A stretch of 64,000 nt of DNA. It comes from Patescibacteria group bacterium (GTDB lineage Bacteria > Patescibacteriota > Minisyncoccia > UBA6257 > UBA9933). The translations under genes and the position numbers were made by a program. The stretch's first letter is position 1. The number at the start of each line of letters is the position of its first letter. Under the pieces are notes generated by a model, which worked only from the letters and a program-made list of their open reading frames with translations, was not told the origin of the DNA and ran no database searches. Positions 47,145 through 57,416 of this stretch are shown here, piece by piece. The stretch is taken from contig JBBUDV010000006.1 of NCBI GenBank assembly GCA_038057075.1, positions 2,216 to 66,215 of the forward strand, written 5' to 3'.

Positions 47145-47516
47145 TTAAGCAGCGCGTTTTTCGGGATGCCTCCTAAAATATTCTTCTTCAACCATTTTAT
47201 TTGAAATCATCGCTTCAAAATTGGAACGGGAGTCGTCTTGCGGCTTAAAATTATTGCCTTTTTGATTTTCCTGTTCATTTAAATAATTTTTTATGTGATT
47301 GCGGTATTCCTCAAATTCTTTATTGGTAAGATTATGCTTTTTTAATTTATCAAAAATCATCAAATCGCCGTCAGTTAATTTATCAACGTCAATAAAATCA
47401 AAATGAGGGTCTTTCCTTTTTTCTTTTTGTTCGTACAAAAAATCACGTAATTCTTCCAAATGTTTTACGTCAATTTCTTTTTGTTTTTCCGGTTGGAAAT
47501 TGATAATTTCGCCCAT
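47145..47516 (-). CDS. Hypothetical protein
   Basis: 123 aa charged ORF. Confidence 0.3.
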   Translation of the reverse strand: MGEIINFQPEKQKEIDVKHLEELRDFLYEQKEKRKDPHFDFIDVDKLTDGDLMIFDKLKKHNLTNKEFEEYRNHIKNYLNEQENQKGNNFKPQDDSRSNFEAMISNKMVEEEYFRRHPEKRAA

Positions 47517-47547
47517 ATTTTTTCATTTGGTTCGCTTCGTAATATTT

Positions 47548-48186
47548 TTACAGCGCCATTATAAAATTTTTACCCATGTTTTTCTTGGCTTGATACATCG
47601 CGATGTCCGCTCTTTCAATAAGTTCATATAAATTGAAAATTTCTTCCTTGCGTCTTTTACTAATAGCCGAAATCACGCCGAAACTCGCTGTAAATTTCCT
47701 TTTTTCCTTAACTTCGGGAATCCGCAATCTGGCCAATTTATCTTTCATTTTAGCCGCGACTTTATACGCTTCATTTTCGGAAGCATCCAATAAACCGATA
47801 ATAAATTCATCTCCTCCCCATCGGGCGACAACATCAAATTCCCTGACTGAATTGGAGAATATCTCGGCCGCCGATTTTAATAATTTATCACCCGATTTAT
47901 GGCCGTAAATGTCGTTGACTTTTTTCAGATCGTCTATGTCTATAAAAATCAAAGAAAAATTTTTAATATTAAACCCTTTTCTTTTTTCTTTTTTCGCGTG
48001 GACCGCATGCCCGGCTTCGTTTAAAAATTTCCACGCCTCCCTGACAAAACCCTGACGGTTATAAAGGCCTGTCAAAAAATCACGGTCAGCCGCCATTTGA
48101 AGACGCACAATTTCCTTATCTTTCTTTTCAGTTAAACTGACTAATCGCTTAATTTCGTTTTTTAATTGTTTAATACTTTCCGCCAT
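47548..48186 (-). CDS. GGDEF-domain diguanylate cyclase (coiled-coil N-terminus, no sensor domain)
   Basis: RDFLTGLYNRQGF and RWGGDEFIIGL. Confidence 0.8.
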   Translation of the reverse strand: MAESIKQLKNEIKRLVSLTEKKDKEIVRLQMAADRDFLTGLYNRQGFVREAWKFLNEAGHAVHAKKEKRKGFNIKNFSLIFIDIDDLKKVNDIYGHKSGDKLLKSAAEIFSNSVREFDVVARWGGDEFIIGLLDASENEAYKVAAKMKDKLARLRIPEVKEKRKFTASFGVISAISKRRKEEIFNLYELIERADIAMYQAKKNMGKNFIMAL

Positions 48187-48231
48187 CCGTAAATATTATA
48201 CCACAAAGGACGCGCAATAATGCGCGCTTTT

Positions 48232-49194
48232 TCAAAATTTCAATGCCTCCAAGGCCTTTATCCTTTCTTCAACCGGCGGATGAGTCATAAAAAGCTTGGC
48301 AATGCCGGAAAGTTTAGCCCCCTTAAAGGGGTTGTCCACCCATAGATGCGCGGTGGCGTTATTGGCTATTTTCATCGGAATCGCGCTTGCGGAAATTTTT
48401 TCCAAAGCCGAAGCAAGACCTGAAGGATTTTTGGTCAAAACCGCGCCCGAAGCATCGGCCAAAAATTCCCTTTTTCTTGATATCGCCAATTGGATAAGCA
48501 TGGCCGAAATCGGCGCGACAATCGCCAAAATAATTCCGACAACGGCAAAAATTTGATTGCCTCCCCTTTCATTATCTCTATTTCTAAAGCCGCCGAAAAA
48601 CGCGCTTCTTAAAAAGATATCCGAAACAATTGAAATAAAACCGACCAAAACCACGACAATTGTTGAAATTAGAATGTCGCGATTGGCAATATGAGACAAT
48701 TCATGCGCAAGCACGCCTTCTAATTCTTTTGCGTTCAATCTTTGAAGTAATCCCGTTGTAACCGCAATCGCGGCGTGTTTTGAATTTCTTCCGGTTGCGA
48801 AAGCGTTAGGTTGAGCTTCATCAATAATATAAATTTTAGGCGCGGGCAAAACGGCTTTTTTCGCCAATTCCCCTACAATTTTAAAAAGTTCGGGATAATT
48901 TTTCTTTTCAACCGGTTTGGCTTTTGTCATCGCCAAAACGATTTTATCCGAATACCAAAAAGAAATAACATTCATCAGCAAACTGAAAACAACCGCAAAA
49001 TATAAAATTGACGGATTGCCGTAAATTCTTGAAAAAAGCCAGCCAATTCCGATGACGCCGATTAAAAAAGCCGCAATTAAAATAAACGTCCTTCTAATAT
49101 TGGAATTTTTACATTTGGCAGCGAGACCGCAAAGAAAACTTTGTTTTATTTGCGGCGAGGGAACTAAATGAAAAAATGTTACGCGTTGTGACAT
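48232..49194 (-). CDS. htpX: HtpX-like M48 zinc metalloprotease (true start uncertain)
   Basis: HELSHIANRD HExxH motif and TM segments. The first ~31 codons of the track ORF are read from repeat-A copy 5. Confidence 0.75.
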   Translation of the reverse strand: MSQRVTFFHLVPSPQIKQSFLCGLAAKCKNSNIRRTFILIAAFLIGVIGIGWLFSRIYGNPSILYFAVVFSLLMNVISFWYSDKIVLAMTKAKPVEKKNYPELFKIVGELAKKAVLPAPKIYIIDEAQPNAFATGRNSKHAAIAVTTGLLQRLNAKELEGVLAHELSHIANRDILISTIVVVLVGFISIVSDIFLRSAFFGGFRNRDNERGGNQIFAVVGIILAIVAPISAMLIQLAISRKREFLADASGAVLTKNPSGLASALEKISASAIPMKIANNATAHLWVDNPFKGAKLSGIAKLFMTHPPVEERIKALEALKF

Positions 49195-49199
49195 TTTTT
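49109..49199. repeat. Repeat family A copy 5
   Basis: ttacatttggcagcgagaccgcaaagaaaactttgttttatttgcggcgagggaactaaatgaaaaaatgttacgcgttgtgacatttttt; overlaps the annotated htpX start. Confidence 0.8.
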
Positions 49200-49220
49200 A
49201 TACGAAATGAAATTCATTAT

Positions 49221-49424
49221 TTACCGCCTTACAAAAGGAAGCAGTCCTAAAAATCTGGCCCTTTTTATGGACTGAGCGAGCATTCTTTGATGTTTTGCGC
49301 AAGTGCTCGTGTGTTTCGGATCTATGATTTTCGCCTGCGATGAAACAAACCGTCTAAGCAAGTCGGCTTCTTTATAATCAATATATTTTAAATTTTGCGA
49401 GCAGAAAAAACACTGTTGTGTCAT
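49221..49424 (-). CDS. rpsR: 30S ribosomal protein S18
   Basis: 67 aa; CFFCSQNLKYIDYK...RRFVS pattern. Confidence 0.8.
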   Translation of the reverse strand: MTQQCFFCSQNLKYIDYKEADLLRRFVSSQAKIIDPKHTSTCAKHQRMLAQSIKRARFLGLLPFVRR

Positions 49425-49428
49425 ATTT

Positions 49429-49908
49429 TTAAAACGGCAAATCTTCGGATTTTATTTCTTCTTCGTTAATATCTATTTGCGGAAGGTCTGTTTGCGGCGC
49501 CGCGTCAACCCCCTGCCTGTCGGCAGAAAAACCTTCCTTTTGAGAAACCGGCTGCGCCGCGGCTCCTTTATTAAATCCCGCGCTTCTGGGACCCAATTGT
49601 AATCTGTCGGAAATCACCTCGGTGGTTTTTTGATTTTGGCCTTGCTGGTTCTGCCAAGTTCTGCTCTTGAGCCGTCCTTCAATCATTACCATACTTCCCT
49701 TTGAAAGAAATTGCGAAGCCACTTCTGCCTGCTTTCCCCAAACAACAATATTATGATATTCCACTTCTTCCTGTCTTGCTCCGGCCTTATCTTTCCAAAC
49801 CCGATTAGTCGCCACTGAAAAATTGGCAACCTGCTGGCCGTTCGGAATTGTTCGGAGCTGCGGGTCCGCAGTCAATCTTCCTATGATGAAAACTTTATTT
49901 AAATCCAT
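49429..49908 (-). CDS. ssb: Single-stranded DNA-binding protein
   Basis: OB fold NKVFIIGRLTADPQLR and acidic C-terminal tail EDLPF. Confidence 0.9.
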   Translation of the reverse strand: MDLNKVFIIGRLTADPQLRTIPNGQQVANFSVATNRVWKDKAGARQEEVEYHNIVVWGKQAEVASQFLSKGSMVMIEGRLKSRTWQNQQGQNQKTTEVISDRLQLGPRSAGFNKGAAAQPVSQKEGFSADRQGVDAAPQTDLPQIDINEEEIKSEDLPF

Positions 49909-49996
49909 AATAATTTAACTTACAACCCACAACTTACAACTTACAACAAATTTATTTTTAGTTATTATTTATTAGTTGTTTGTTGTTAGTTATTAG

Positions 49997-50437
49997 TTAT
50001 TTTAATATTTCTTCCAATTTTTTTTCCAATAATTCGTTGTTAATAAAAGCGTCGCTGGACTCCTTTCTTTCTTCTCTAATTTTAACTTTCGGCAAAGCCG
50101 CCTGCTCATTGAAAGACACGGGCTTCTCGGATTGTTCCATTTCCTGCTGTTTTAAAGCGGTATCCGGCAAAACAACCGCTAAAAACCTCAATATCTTTTG
50201 GTTAAATTTGAGTTTTTCCGTTAATGGCTTTATTGAAGCGGCATCAAGCGCGAATTGGACGTAACCGAAAAAAGCTCCTGTTTCTTTTTTAATCGCATAA
50301 GCCAGCCGAATTTTTTTCGGCTTTCCTTCTTTTAAAATATCGGCTTTATGGGCTTTTAGCGCTTTAATTACTTCTTCGGCATCCCCCTCTGAAACCGCCA
50401 AATATCCTATTTCGTAATTTTTTACCAAGTTTTCCAT
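49997..50437 (-). CDS. rpsF: 30S ribosomal protein S6 (extended C-terminus)
   Basis: YEIGYLAV start, and position in the rpsF-ssb-rpsR operon. Confidence 0.7.
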   Translation of the reverse strand: MENLVKNYEIGYLAVSEGDAEEVIKALKAHKADILKEGKPKKIRLAYAIKKETGAFFGYVQFALDAASIKPLTEKLKFNQKILRFLAVVLPDTALKQQEMEQSEKPVSFNEQAALPKVKIREERKESSDAFINNELLEKKLEEILK

Positions 50438-50477
50438 TACTTTAAAATACTAATAAATAATTTTTAATATGTCAAAA

Positions 50478-53400
50478 CTATTCCGCCTCTTTACTTTCTT
50501 TTTCAATAATCGGCTTTACGCGATAGCCGGTGCCTGCGGGAATCAATCTTCCAATAATGACGTTTTCTTTAAGACCCCTTAATTTGTCGGTTTTGCCTTC
50601 CGTCGCGGCTGCGACCAAAATTCTATTGGTTTCCTGGAACGATGCCGATGAAAGGAAGCTCTCGGTTGAAAGAGACGCTCTGGTGATGCCGACTAAAAGC
50701 TGTTTCGCTTTTGCCGGACTTTTACCTTTAGCTTTTATTTCTCGGTTAACCTCCAAAAATCTCGATTTTTCTACAATGTCGCCAAGAACGAATTCGGTAT
50801 CGCCCGGTTCTTTTATCATCACTCTTGAAAACATCTGTTTAACGATAATTTCAATGTGTTTGTCGTTTACCGCGTTTCCTTCCGGAACGTAAATCTTCTG
50901 AACTTCGTTTATGGCGTATCTTTCAACAGCGTCCTTATCCTTATGATTAAACAATTCTTTTAAATCCAAACTGCCTTCGCAAAGCTGGTCGCCTTTGGAA
51001 ATCTTGTCTTTGGCTTTAACGAAAACCTTAATGCTTCTCGGTATTAAATACTCGATAACTTTTGATTTTTTGTTTTTGGAAACCTTAAGCAATATCGCCT
51101 TCATGCTGTCGCGTTCTTCAATATCTTCAATCACCCCGTCGCTTTCCGCCAAAATCGCTTTGCCTTTTGGCAAACGAACCTCAAATATTTCTTCAACTCT
51201 CGGCAAACCGTGCGTGATGTCAACTCCGGCAATGCCACCCGTATGAAAAGTCCTTAGAGTAAGCTGGGTTCCCGGTTCGCCGATTGATTGAGCGGCGATA
51301 ACCCCCATCGCTTCGCCAATCTGCGCCAAACCTCCGCGTCCCAAATCAAGGCCGTAACACTTGGAACAAACGCCGTATAAAGTTTTACACCTGAGCGGAG
51401 AGCGCACTTTAACTGCGACAATTGACGATTCTTTTCCGATTTTTTCCGCTTTCTCTTTGTCAATTATTTCTCCCGCTCTGGCCAGAATTTTATTGCCGAC
51501 TTTGACGTCATTAAGCAAAGTTCTGCTGAAAATTCTTTGGCCGAAATTATAACCGTATTCATCTCCGTCAGCCCTGAAAAGTTCAATGCCTTCGGTTGTC
51601 CGACAGTCGTTCTCGCGAATAATTATGTCCTGCGCCACATCAACCAATCTTCTAGTAAGATAGCCGGCAGACGCCGTTTTAAGCGCGGTGTCGGTCAACC
51701 CTTTTCTGGAACCGTGAGTGTTGATAAAAAATTCCAAAACATTCAACCCTTCTTTATAAGACGACTTGACGGGCAATTCAATTGTTTCGCCTCTCGGATT
51801 TTGCACTAAGCCCTTCATACCAAGCATCTGCACCGCTTGAGCCCAGGAACCTCTGGCTCCAGAATCAACAATATAATGAACCGCGTTGAGTTTCTTGGTA
51901 GCGCTCAAAACTTTCGGCACGATGACCGCAATTTTATCCTTGGTTTTTTCCCAAACCGCGATAATTCTTTGGCGGCGTTCTGAATCGGTAAGCAAACCAT
52001 CGTCATATTGTTTTTCAACCACTAATATTTCTTTTTCCGCTTCTTCAATAATTTTGCCTTTTTCCGCGGGAACAAGCAGGTCTTCCATACCCCAGCTGAT
52101 TCCCGAAGCGGTGGCGTATCTAAACCCTATTGTTTTGATTTTATCTAATATCTTCCAAGTGTTTTCAATGCCGTATTTGGTAATAACCGCGGCGACAATT
52201 CTCTGTAATTCTTTTTTATTCATAATTTCATTTATAAATCCGAAGTCCTTCGGCAAAACGCCGTTAAAAATCACTCTCCCGACAGAGGTCTCCAAATACT
52301 TATTTTTAGCAACCCAAATTTTAACCAAAGCGTTGATGTCAACGTTGCCGAATTCGTAAGCTAAAACCGCTTCATCAAACGAAGAAAAAACTTTACCCGT
52401 TCCTTTGGCTCCTTCTATTATTTTAGTAAGATAATAACAACCTAAAATAATATCTTGAGAAGGCGAAGCTATCGGGTCTCCCGTTGACGGCTTTAAAATA
52501 TTTCTGCTTGAAAGCATTAATTTTTCGCATTCGTCCTGCGCCTCTTTTGAAAGCGGAACGTGAACGGCCATCTGGTCGCCGTCAAAGTCGGCGTTAAACG
52601 CGGAACAAACCATAGGCGGTATTTTAATCGCCAAATCCTCTACAAGAACCGGTTTAAACGCCTGAATGCCCAAACGATGTAAAGTAGGAGCGCGATTTAA
52701 AAGAACTTTTTTATCTTTAATCACTTCTTCTAAAATAGCCCAGACCTCGGCCGGCGCCTGTTCTATAAGACGCGTGGCGTTTTTAATGGTAAAAGCGAGA
52801 CCTTCTTTGATAATTTTTGAAATAACGAACGGCTTGAATAATTCCAAAGCCATTTTTTTCGGCAAACCGCAAGTATCAAGCGGCAATTCCGGACCGACAA
52901 CAATAACGGAACGGCCGGAATAGTCCACGCGTTTACCCAAAAGATTCTGCCTGAAACGGCCTTGCTTTCCTTTTAAAATGTCCGCCAAAGACCGAAGCGG
53001 CCTTCTTTGCGCCGACATCTGCGGCGAAGCCGTGCCCCTCGCGGTATTGTCAATCAAAGCGTCAACCGCTTCTTGAAGCATTCTTTTTTCGTTGATAATG
53101 ATTATTTCCGGCGCTTTTAATTCTATGAGTTTCTTTAATCGATTATTGCGATTGATGACACGCCTGTACAAATCGTTTAAATCCGAAGTGGCGTAACGGC
53201 CGCCGTCAAGCGGAACCATGGGCCGAAGTTCCGGAGGCAAAACCGGAAGTATGCTTATAATCAGCCATTCCGGCTTCATTTTATTTTTCATGAACGAATG
53301 CGCGAGTTTGAGCCGAGTCATAAGCTTTTTGACTCTTCCTTCTTCGCGGGTATACTCCAATTCTTTTTCGGTTTCTTGATACATCTTTTTTAAATCAATA

Positions 53401-54062
53401 TTCTCCAAAATTTTTCTGATGGCCTCCGCGCCGCTCTGCGACTGAAACACATCGCCGAATCTTCGCGACAAATTAAAATATTCCGTCTCGGAAAGAATCT
53501 GGCCGGCTTTAAGCGAAACCAATTGATCTTTGGTCTCTTCCATTTTCGCTTCCAACTCCTTTAACGCCGCTTTTGTCTCGGTTCCTTTTTTCTTTGATTT
53601 GAATTCTTCTCCAAGTTCTTTTAAAACCCTTTTTCTGGCGTCTTCATTGACCAAAGTCACGATATAAGCCATGTAATAAATAACTTTTTCAAGTTTCTGC
53701 ACCGGAATATCCAAGAATAAAGAAATTCTTGAGGGGATAACTTTCAAAAACCATATGTGCGAAACCGGAGCCGCAAGTTTAATATGCCCCATTCTTTCTC
53801 TCCTGACGCTTGAATGAGTCACTTCAACGCCGCATTTGTCGCAAATTATTCCCTTATAACGGATTCTTCTGTACTTGCCGCAATAACATTCATAATCCTT
53901 AGTGGGCCCGAAAATCCGCTCGGAAAACAGACCGTCTTTTTCCGGCCTTTGAGTCCTGTAATTTATGGTTTCCGGTTTAACCACCTCGCCATGGGACCAA
54001 CTCAATATTTCTTCGGGCGAAGCGACTTTAAGTTTTAATCCGCTAAAATCTTTATATTCCAT
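50478..54062 (-). CDS. rpoC: DNA-directed RNA polymerase subunit beta'
   Basis: Zn-finger Cxx[10 protein letters not shown] catalytic motif, and other conserved regions. Confidence 0.95.
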   Translation of the reverse strand: MEYKDFSGLKLKVASPEEILSWSHGEVVKPETINYRTQRPEKDGLFSERIFGPTKDYECYCGKYRRIRYKGIICDKCGVEVTHSSVRRERMGHIKLAAPVSHIWFLKVIPSRISLFLDIPVQKLEKVIYYMAYIVTLVNEDARKRVLKELGEEFKSKKKGTETKAALKELEAKMEETKDQLVSLKAGQILSETEYFNLSRRFGDVFQSQSGAEAIRKILENIDLKKMYQETEKELEYTREEGRVKKLMTRLKLAHSFMKNKMKPEWLIISILPVLPPELRPMVPLDGGRYATSDLNDLYRRVINRNNRLKKLIELKAPEIIIINEKRMLQEAVDALIDNTARGTASPQMSAQRRPLRSLADILKGKQGRFRQNLLGKRVDYSGRSVIVVGPELPLDTCGLPKKMALELFKPFVISKIIKEGLAFTIKNATRLIEQAPAEVWAILEEVIKDKKVLLNRAPTLHRLGIQAFKPVLVEDLAIKIPPMVCSAFNADFDGDQMAVHVPLSKEAQDECEKLMLSSRNILKPSTGDPIASPSQDIILGCYYLTKIIEGAKGTGKVFSSFDEAVLAYEFGNVDINALVKIWVAKNKYLETSVGRVIFNGVLPKDFGFINEIMNKKELQRIVAAVITKYGIENTWKILDKIKTIGFRYATASGISWGMEDLLVPAEKGKIIEEAEKEILVVEKQYDDGLLTDSERRQRIIAVWEKTKDKIAVIVPKVLSATKKLNAVHYIVDSGARGSWAQAVQMLGMKGLVQNPRGETIELPVKSSYKEGLNVLEFFINTHGSRKGLTDTALKTASAGYLTRRLVDVAQDIIIRENDCRTTEGIELFRADGDEYGYNFGQRIFSRTLLNDVKVGNKILARAGEIIDKEKAEKIGKESSIVAVKVRSPLRCKTLYGVCSKCYGLDLGRGGLAQIGEAMGVIAAQSIGEPGTQLTLRTFHTGGIAGVDITHGLPRVEEIFEVRLPKGKAILAESDGVIEDIEERDSMKAILLKVSKNKKSKVIEYLIPRSIKVFVKAKDKISKGDQLCEGSLDLKELFNHKDKDAVERYAINEVQKIYVPEGNAVNDKHIEIIVKQMFSRVMIKEPGDTEFVLGDIVEKSRFLEVNREIKAKGKSPAKAKQLLVGITRASLSTESFLSSASFQETNRILVAAATEGKTDKLRGLKENVIIGRLIPAGTGYRVKPIIEKESKEAE

Positions 54063-54111
54063 AATTTATGCTTCGGCTCTGCTCAGCATAACACTGAGCT
54101 TGCCGAATGTA

Positions 54112-57100
54112 TTATTTTTTCTCTTCCTCATTATTAACCACCTCAATGCTTAATCCCATTGCCTTTATTTCACTCACTAAAACGTTAAAAGCTGACGGGA
54201 TGTTCGGACTCTTAATGTCTTCTCCTCTGATTATATTTTCAAACGTTGCCGCCCTTCCGAAAATGTCATCGGATTTTATGGTGAGCATTTCCTGTAAAGT
54301 ATGCGCGGCGCCGTAACCTTCAAGAGCCCATACCTCCATTTCTCCAAACCTCTGGCCGCCAAATTGAGCTTTTCCGCCGAGCGGCTGTTGGGTAATAAGA
54401 GAATAAGGGCCGGTGGCTCTCATGTGGATTTTGTCTTCAACAAGATGGTTAAGCTTTAATATATATATGTATCCCACGGTGACCGGCTGCGGGAATTTTT
54501 TTCCCGTCCGTCCGTCATAAAGAGTTAATTTTCCGTTTTCGGGGTAGCCGGCTTTTTTAAGTTCTTCTTTTATCATTTCTTCGGTTGCTCCGACAAACAC
54601 GGGAGTAGCGGCTCGATAACCCAATTTCTTGGCGGCCAAGCCCAAATGGGTTTCCAAAATCTGCCCCAAATTCATACGTGAAGCCACACCCAAAGGATTT
54701 AAAATAATATCCACCGGCGTTCCGTCTTCAAGATACGGCATGTCTTCAGCCGGCCTGATTTGGGAGATAACGCCTTTATTTCCATGCCGTCCGGCAAGTT
54801 TGTCGCCGGCTCTTATTTTTCTCATTTGAGCAATATCAATCTGGATTCTTTTAATAACGCCTACTTCCAATTTATCTCCTCTTTCGCGCGAAAAAATCTT
54901 TACGCCGATGACGCGTCCTGTTTCACCGTGCGGCAAAATAAGCGAAGAATCCTTGATGTCTCTGGCTTTTTCCTCAAAAATCGCGCGGAGCAGTTTTTCT
55001 TCAGCGGTAAGTTCGGTTTCGCCCTTGGGAGAAACCTTGCCGACTAAAATATCGCCGGAACGAACCTCGGCGCCAATTCTAATAATTCCTTCCTCGTCCA
55101 AATTTCTGAGTTTTTCCTCGGAAACATTGGGAATGTCGTTTGTAGTTATCTCAGGCCCGAGTTTAGTTTCTCTCACATCGCAATAAAAATCTTTAATGTG
55201 AATTGACGAAAAAATATCTTCTTTAACGGCGCGCTCGGAAAGAATAATGGCGTCTTCAAAATTGGCTCCCTCCCAAGAAATAAACGCCACTAATAAGTTT
55301 TGCCCCAAAGCCAAAACGCCGTTATCCATAGAAGGACCATCGGCTAAAACATCTCCTTTTTTTATTTTGTCGCCTTTTCTCGCTAAAAGTTTATGGGAAA
55401 TGCAAGTATATTGATTGGAACGTTGAAATTTTTGAAGTGTATATTCTTTAAGTCCGGATTTGGTTTTTAAAACGACACGGTCCGCATCTGCTTCAATAAT
55501 TTCTCCGTCTTCGTCCGCGATAATGGCGCGCAAAGAATCTTTGGCAAGTTTTTCTTCAATACCCGTTCCCACCAAAGGCGCCTGCGGTTTAACGGTCGGT
55601 ACCGCCTGTCTTTGCATGTTTGAACCCATTAAAGCCCTATTGGCGTCATCGTGTTCCAAAAATGGAATAAGCGAAGTGGCGACGCTGATTGATTGATTGT
55701 TTGTAACGTCAATGAAGTCAACTTCTTCTCTCTCTATAGTTCTGGGTTCTCCCTTGATTCTCGCTTCAACAACTTTATCAATAATTTTTTTCTGGTCGTC
55801 CAATTTGACGCCTCCATGGGCGATTTTATATTTTTCTTCCTCAATCGCGTTCATCCACACGATTTCATTAATTACTTTTCCGTTTTTAACTTTAGCGTAC
55901 GGCGTTTCCAAAAAACCGAATTCATTGATACGAGTGTAACTTGCGAAATGATTGACTAAACCGATTGATTGGCCTTCCGGCGTTTCAATCGGACAAATTC
56001 TTCCATAATGCGAAGGATGGACATCGCGAACCTCAAAGCCGGCATGTTCGCGCGTGAGACCTCCGGGGCCTAAAAGAGACAGTCGCCTCTTGTTCTCAAT
56101 TTCCGACAACGGATTTGTTTGGTCCATAAATTGCGAAAGCTGGGAAGAAGATAAAAATTCCTTCATTACCGCCACGAGCGGCCGGCCGTTAATAAGCTGA
56201 ACCGGCGCCAAACCGGCGATGTCCGAAGTTGAAATTCTATCTTGAATATTTCTTCTCATTCGGGCAAAACCGACATAAAGCCGCGTCTGAAGCAATTCCC
56301 CCACGGCTCTCACCCTGCGATTACCCAGATGGTCAATATCATCGGGCTCGGCGGCTGGATTATTATTTAATGTGATAATTTCTTTCACTATTGAAACCAA
56401 ATCCTCTAAATCCAAAAGAGTGGAATTTTTATTCTTAAGTCCCAGACGCTGATTGAGTTTGAATCTGCCCACCGCCGACAAACTATAGCGGTCCGCTCTG
56501 CCGAACATGGCGTCAATCAAACTCTTGGCGTTTTCCGGAGTCGCCAAATCGCCGGGCCTGAGCCGCTTATAAATTTCAGAGTAGGATTCCATCGAAGTTT
56601 TTGCCGCGTCCTTTTTTAATGTTGCTTCAATATATTTAACACTGCTCGTGTCAACGTCGGCGAAAACCTTTTTTATTTTTTCAGCGGTATCTAAATTTCC
56701 GATGCCCTTTGCGGTGAAAATTCTTAAAAGGTCTGTAACCGGCGCTTTTCTATGACGGTCTATTTTGACCCCGATAAAGCCGTCTTGTTCAGTTTCAAAT
56801 TCCAACCAGCTCCCGCGATTGGGAATAATTTTTGCGCCGAAAAGTTTTTTGCCGCGGGAAACAGCCGCGTTGAAATAAACGCCGCTTGAACGAATAAGCT
56901 GAGACACCATCACGCGCTCCACTCCGTTTAAAATAAAAGTATAACAACTCGTTATTATCGGAAAATCGCCGAGATAAACTTCTTGTTCTTTTGTTTCTTT
57001 GGTTTTATGATTAACCAACTTGACTTTGACTCTAAGCGGCGCTTCGTAAGTGAGGCCTTTAAGCCGCGTTGTCTCTTCGTCATATCGGGGCTCGTCAAAA

Positions 57101-57294
57101 TAATAATCAAGGAAATAAATTTCAACTTCCGCTCCGGTATAATCCTTGATGGGAGAAATCTCGTCAAAAAGTTCTCTCAATCCTTTTTTCACGAACCAAT
57201 CCCAGGAATCTTTTTGAATTTCCGCCAAAAACGGCTGTTTGACGAAAGCGCCCGGATGAGATGAAAAAATTTTAACGGGGGTTTTTTTAACCAT
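54112..57294 (-). CDS. rpoB: DNA-directed RNA polymerase subunit beta
   Basis: Conserved beta-subunit blocks (GRHGNKGV, rifampicin cluster). Confidence 0.95.
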   Translation of the reverse strand: MVKKTPVKIFSSHPGAFVKQPFLAEIQKDSWDWFVKKGLRELFDEISPIKDYTGAEVEIYFLDYYFDEPRYDEETTRLKGLTYEAPLRVKVKLVNHKTKETKEQEVYLGDFPIITSCYTFILNGVERVMVSQLIRSSGVYFNAAVSRGKKLFGAKIIPNRGSWLEFETEQDGFIGVKIDRHRKAPVTDLLRIFTAKGIGNLDTAEKIKKVFADVDTSSVKYIEATLKKDAAKTSMESYSEIYKRLRPGDLATPENAKSLIDAMFGRADRYSLSAVGRFKLNQRLGLKNKNSTLLDLEDLVSIVKEIITLNNNPAAEPDDIDHLGNRRVRAVGELLQTRLYVGFARMRRNIQDRISTSDIAGLAPVQLINGRPLVAVMKEFLSSSQLSQFMDQTNPLSEIENKRRLSLLGPGGLTREHAGFEVRDVHPSHYGRICPIETPEGQSIGLVNHFASYTRINEFGFLETPYAKVKNGKVINEIVWMNAIEEEKYKIAHGGVKLDDQKKIIDKVVEARIKGEPRTIEREEVDFIDVTNNQSISVATSLIPFLEHDDANRALMGSNMQRQAVPTVKPQAPLVGTGIEEKLAKDSLRAIIADEDGEIIEADADRVVLKTKSGLKEYTLQKFQRSNQYTCISHKLLARKGDKIKKGDVLADGPSMDNGVLALGQNLLVAFISWEGANFEDAIILSERAVKEDIFSSIHIKDFYCDVRETKLGPEITTNDIPNVSEEKLRNLDEEGIIRIGAEVRSGDILVGKVSPKGETELTAEEKLLRAIFEEKARDIKDSSLILPHGETGRVIGVKIFSRERGDKLEVGVIKRIQIDIAQMRKIRAGDKLAGRHGNKGVISQIRPAEDMPYLEDGTPVDIILNPLGVASRMNLGQILETHLGLAAKKLGYRAATPVFVGATEEMIKEELKKAGYPENGKLTLYDGRTGKKFPQPVTVGYIYILKLNHLVEDKIHMRATGPYSLITQQPLGGKAQFGGQRFGEMEVWALEGYGAAHTLQEMLTIKSDDIFGRAATFENIIRGEDIKSPNIPSAFNVLVSEIKAMGLSIEVVNNEEEKK

Positions 57295-57416
57295 AAAATA
57301 ACCTTCCGCGATAAGCGGCTATTTATATTAGTTTGTATTTTAACAATTAACCGGATTAATAGGATTAATTATTATTATATTTAACACGATTTGATATGTG
57401 TTCGTCAAGTCCCCCC

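Noticed and set aside
50530-57264. Numerous 60-160 aa ORFs antisense to or overlapping rpoB and rpoC
   Set aside because: They lie inside long, highly conserved genes on the opposite strand or in alternate frames. Typical spurious ORFs.
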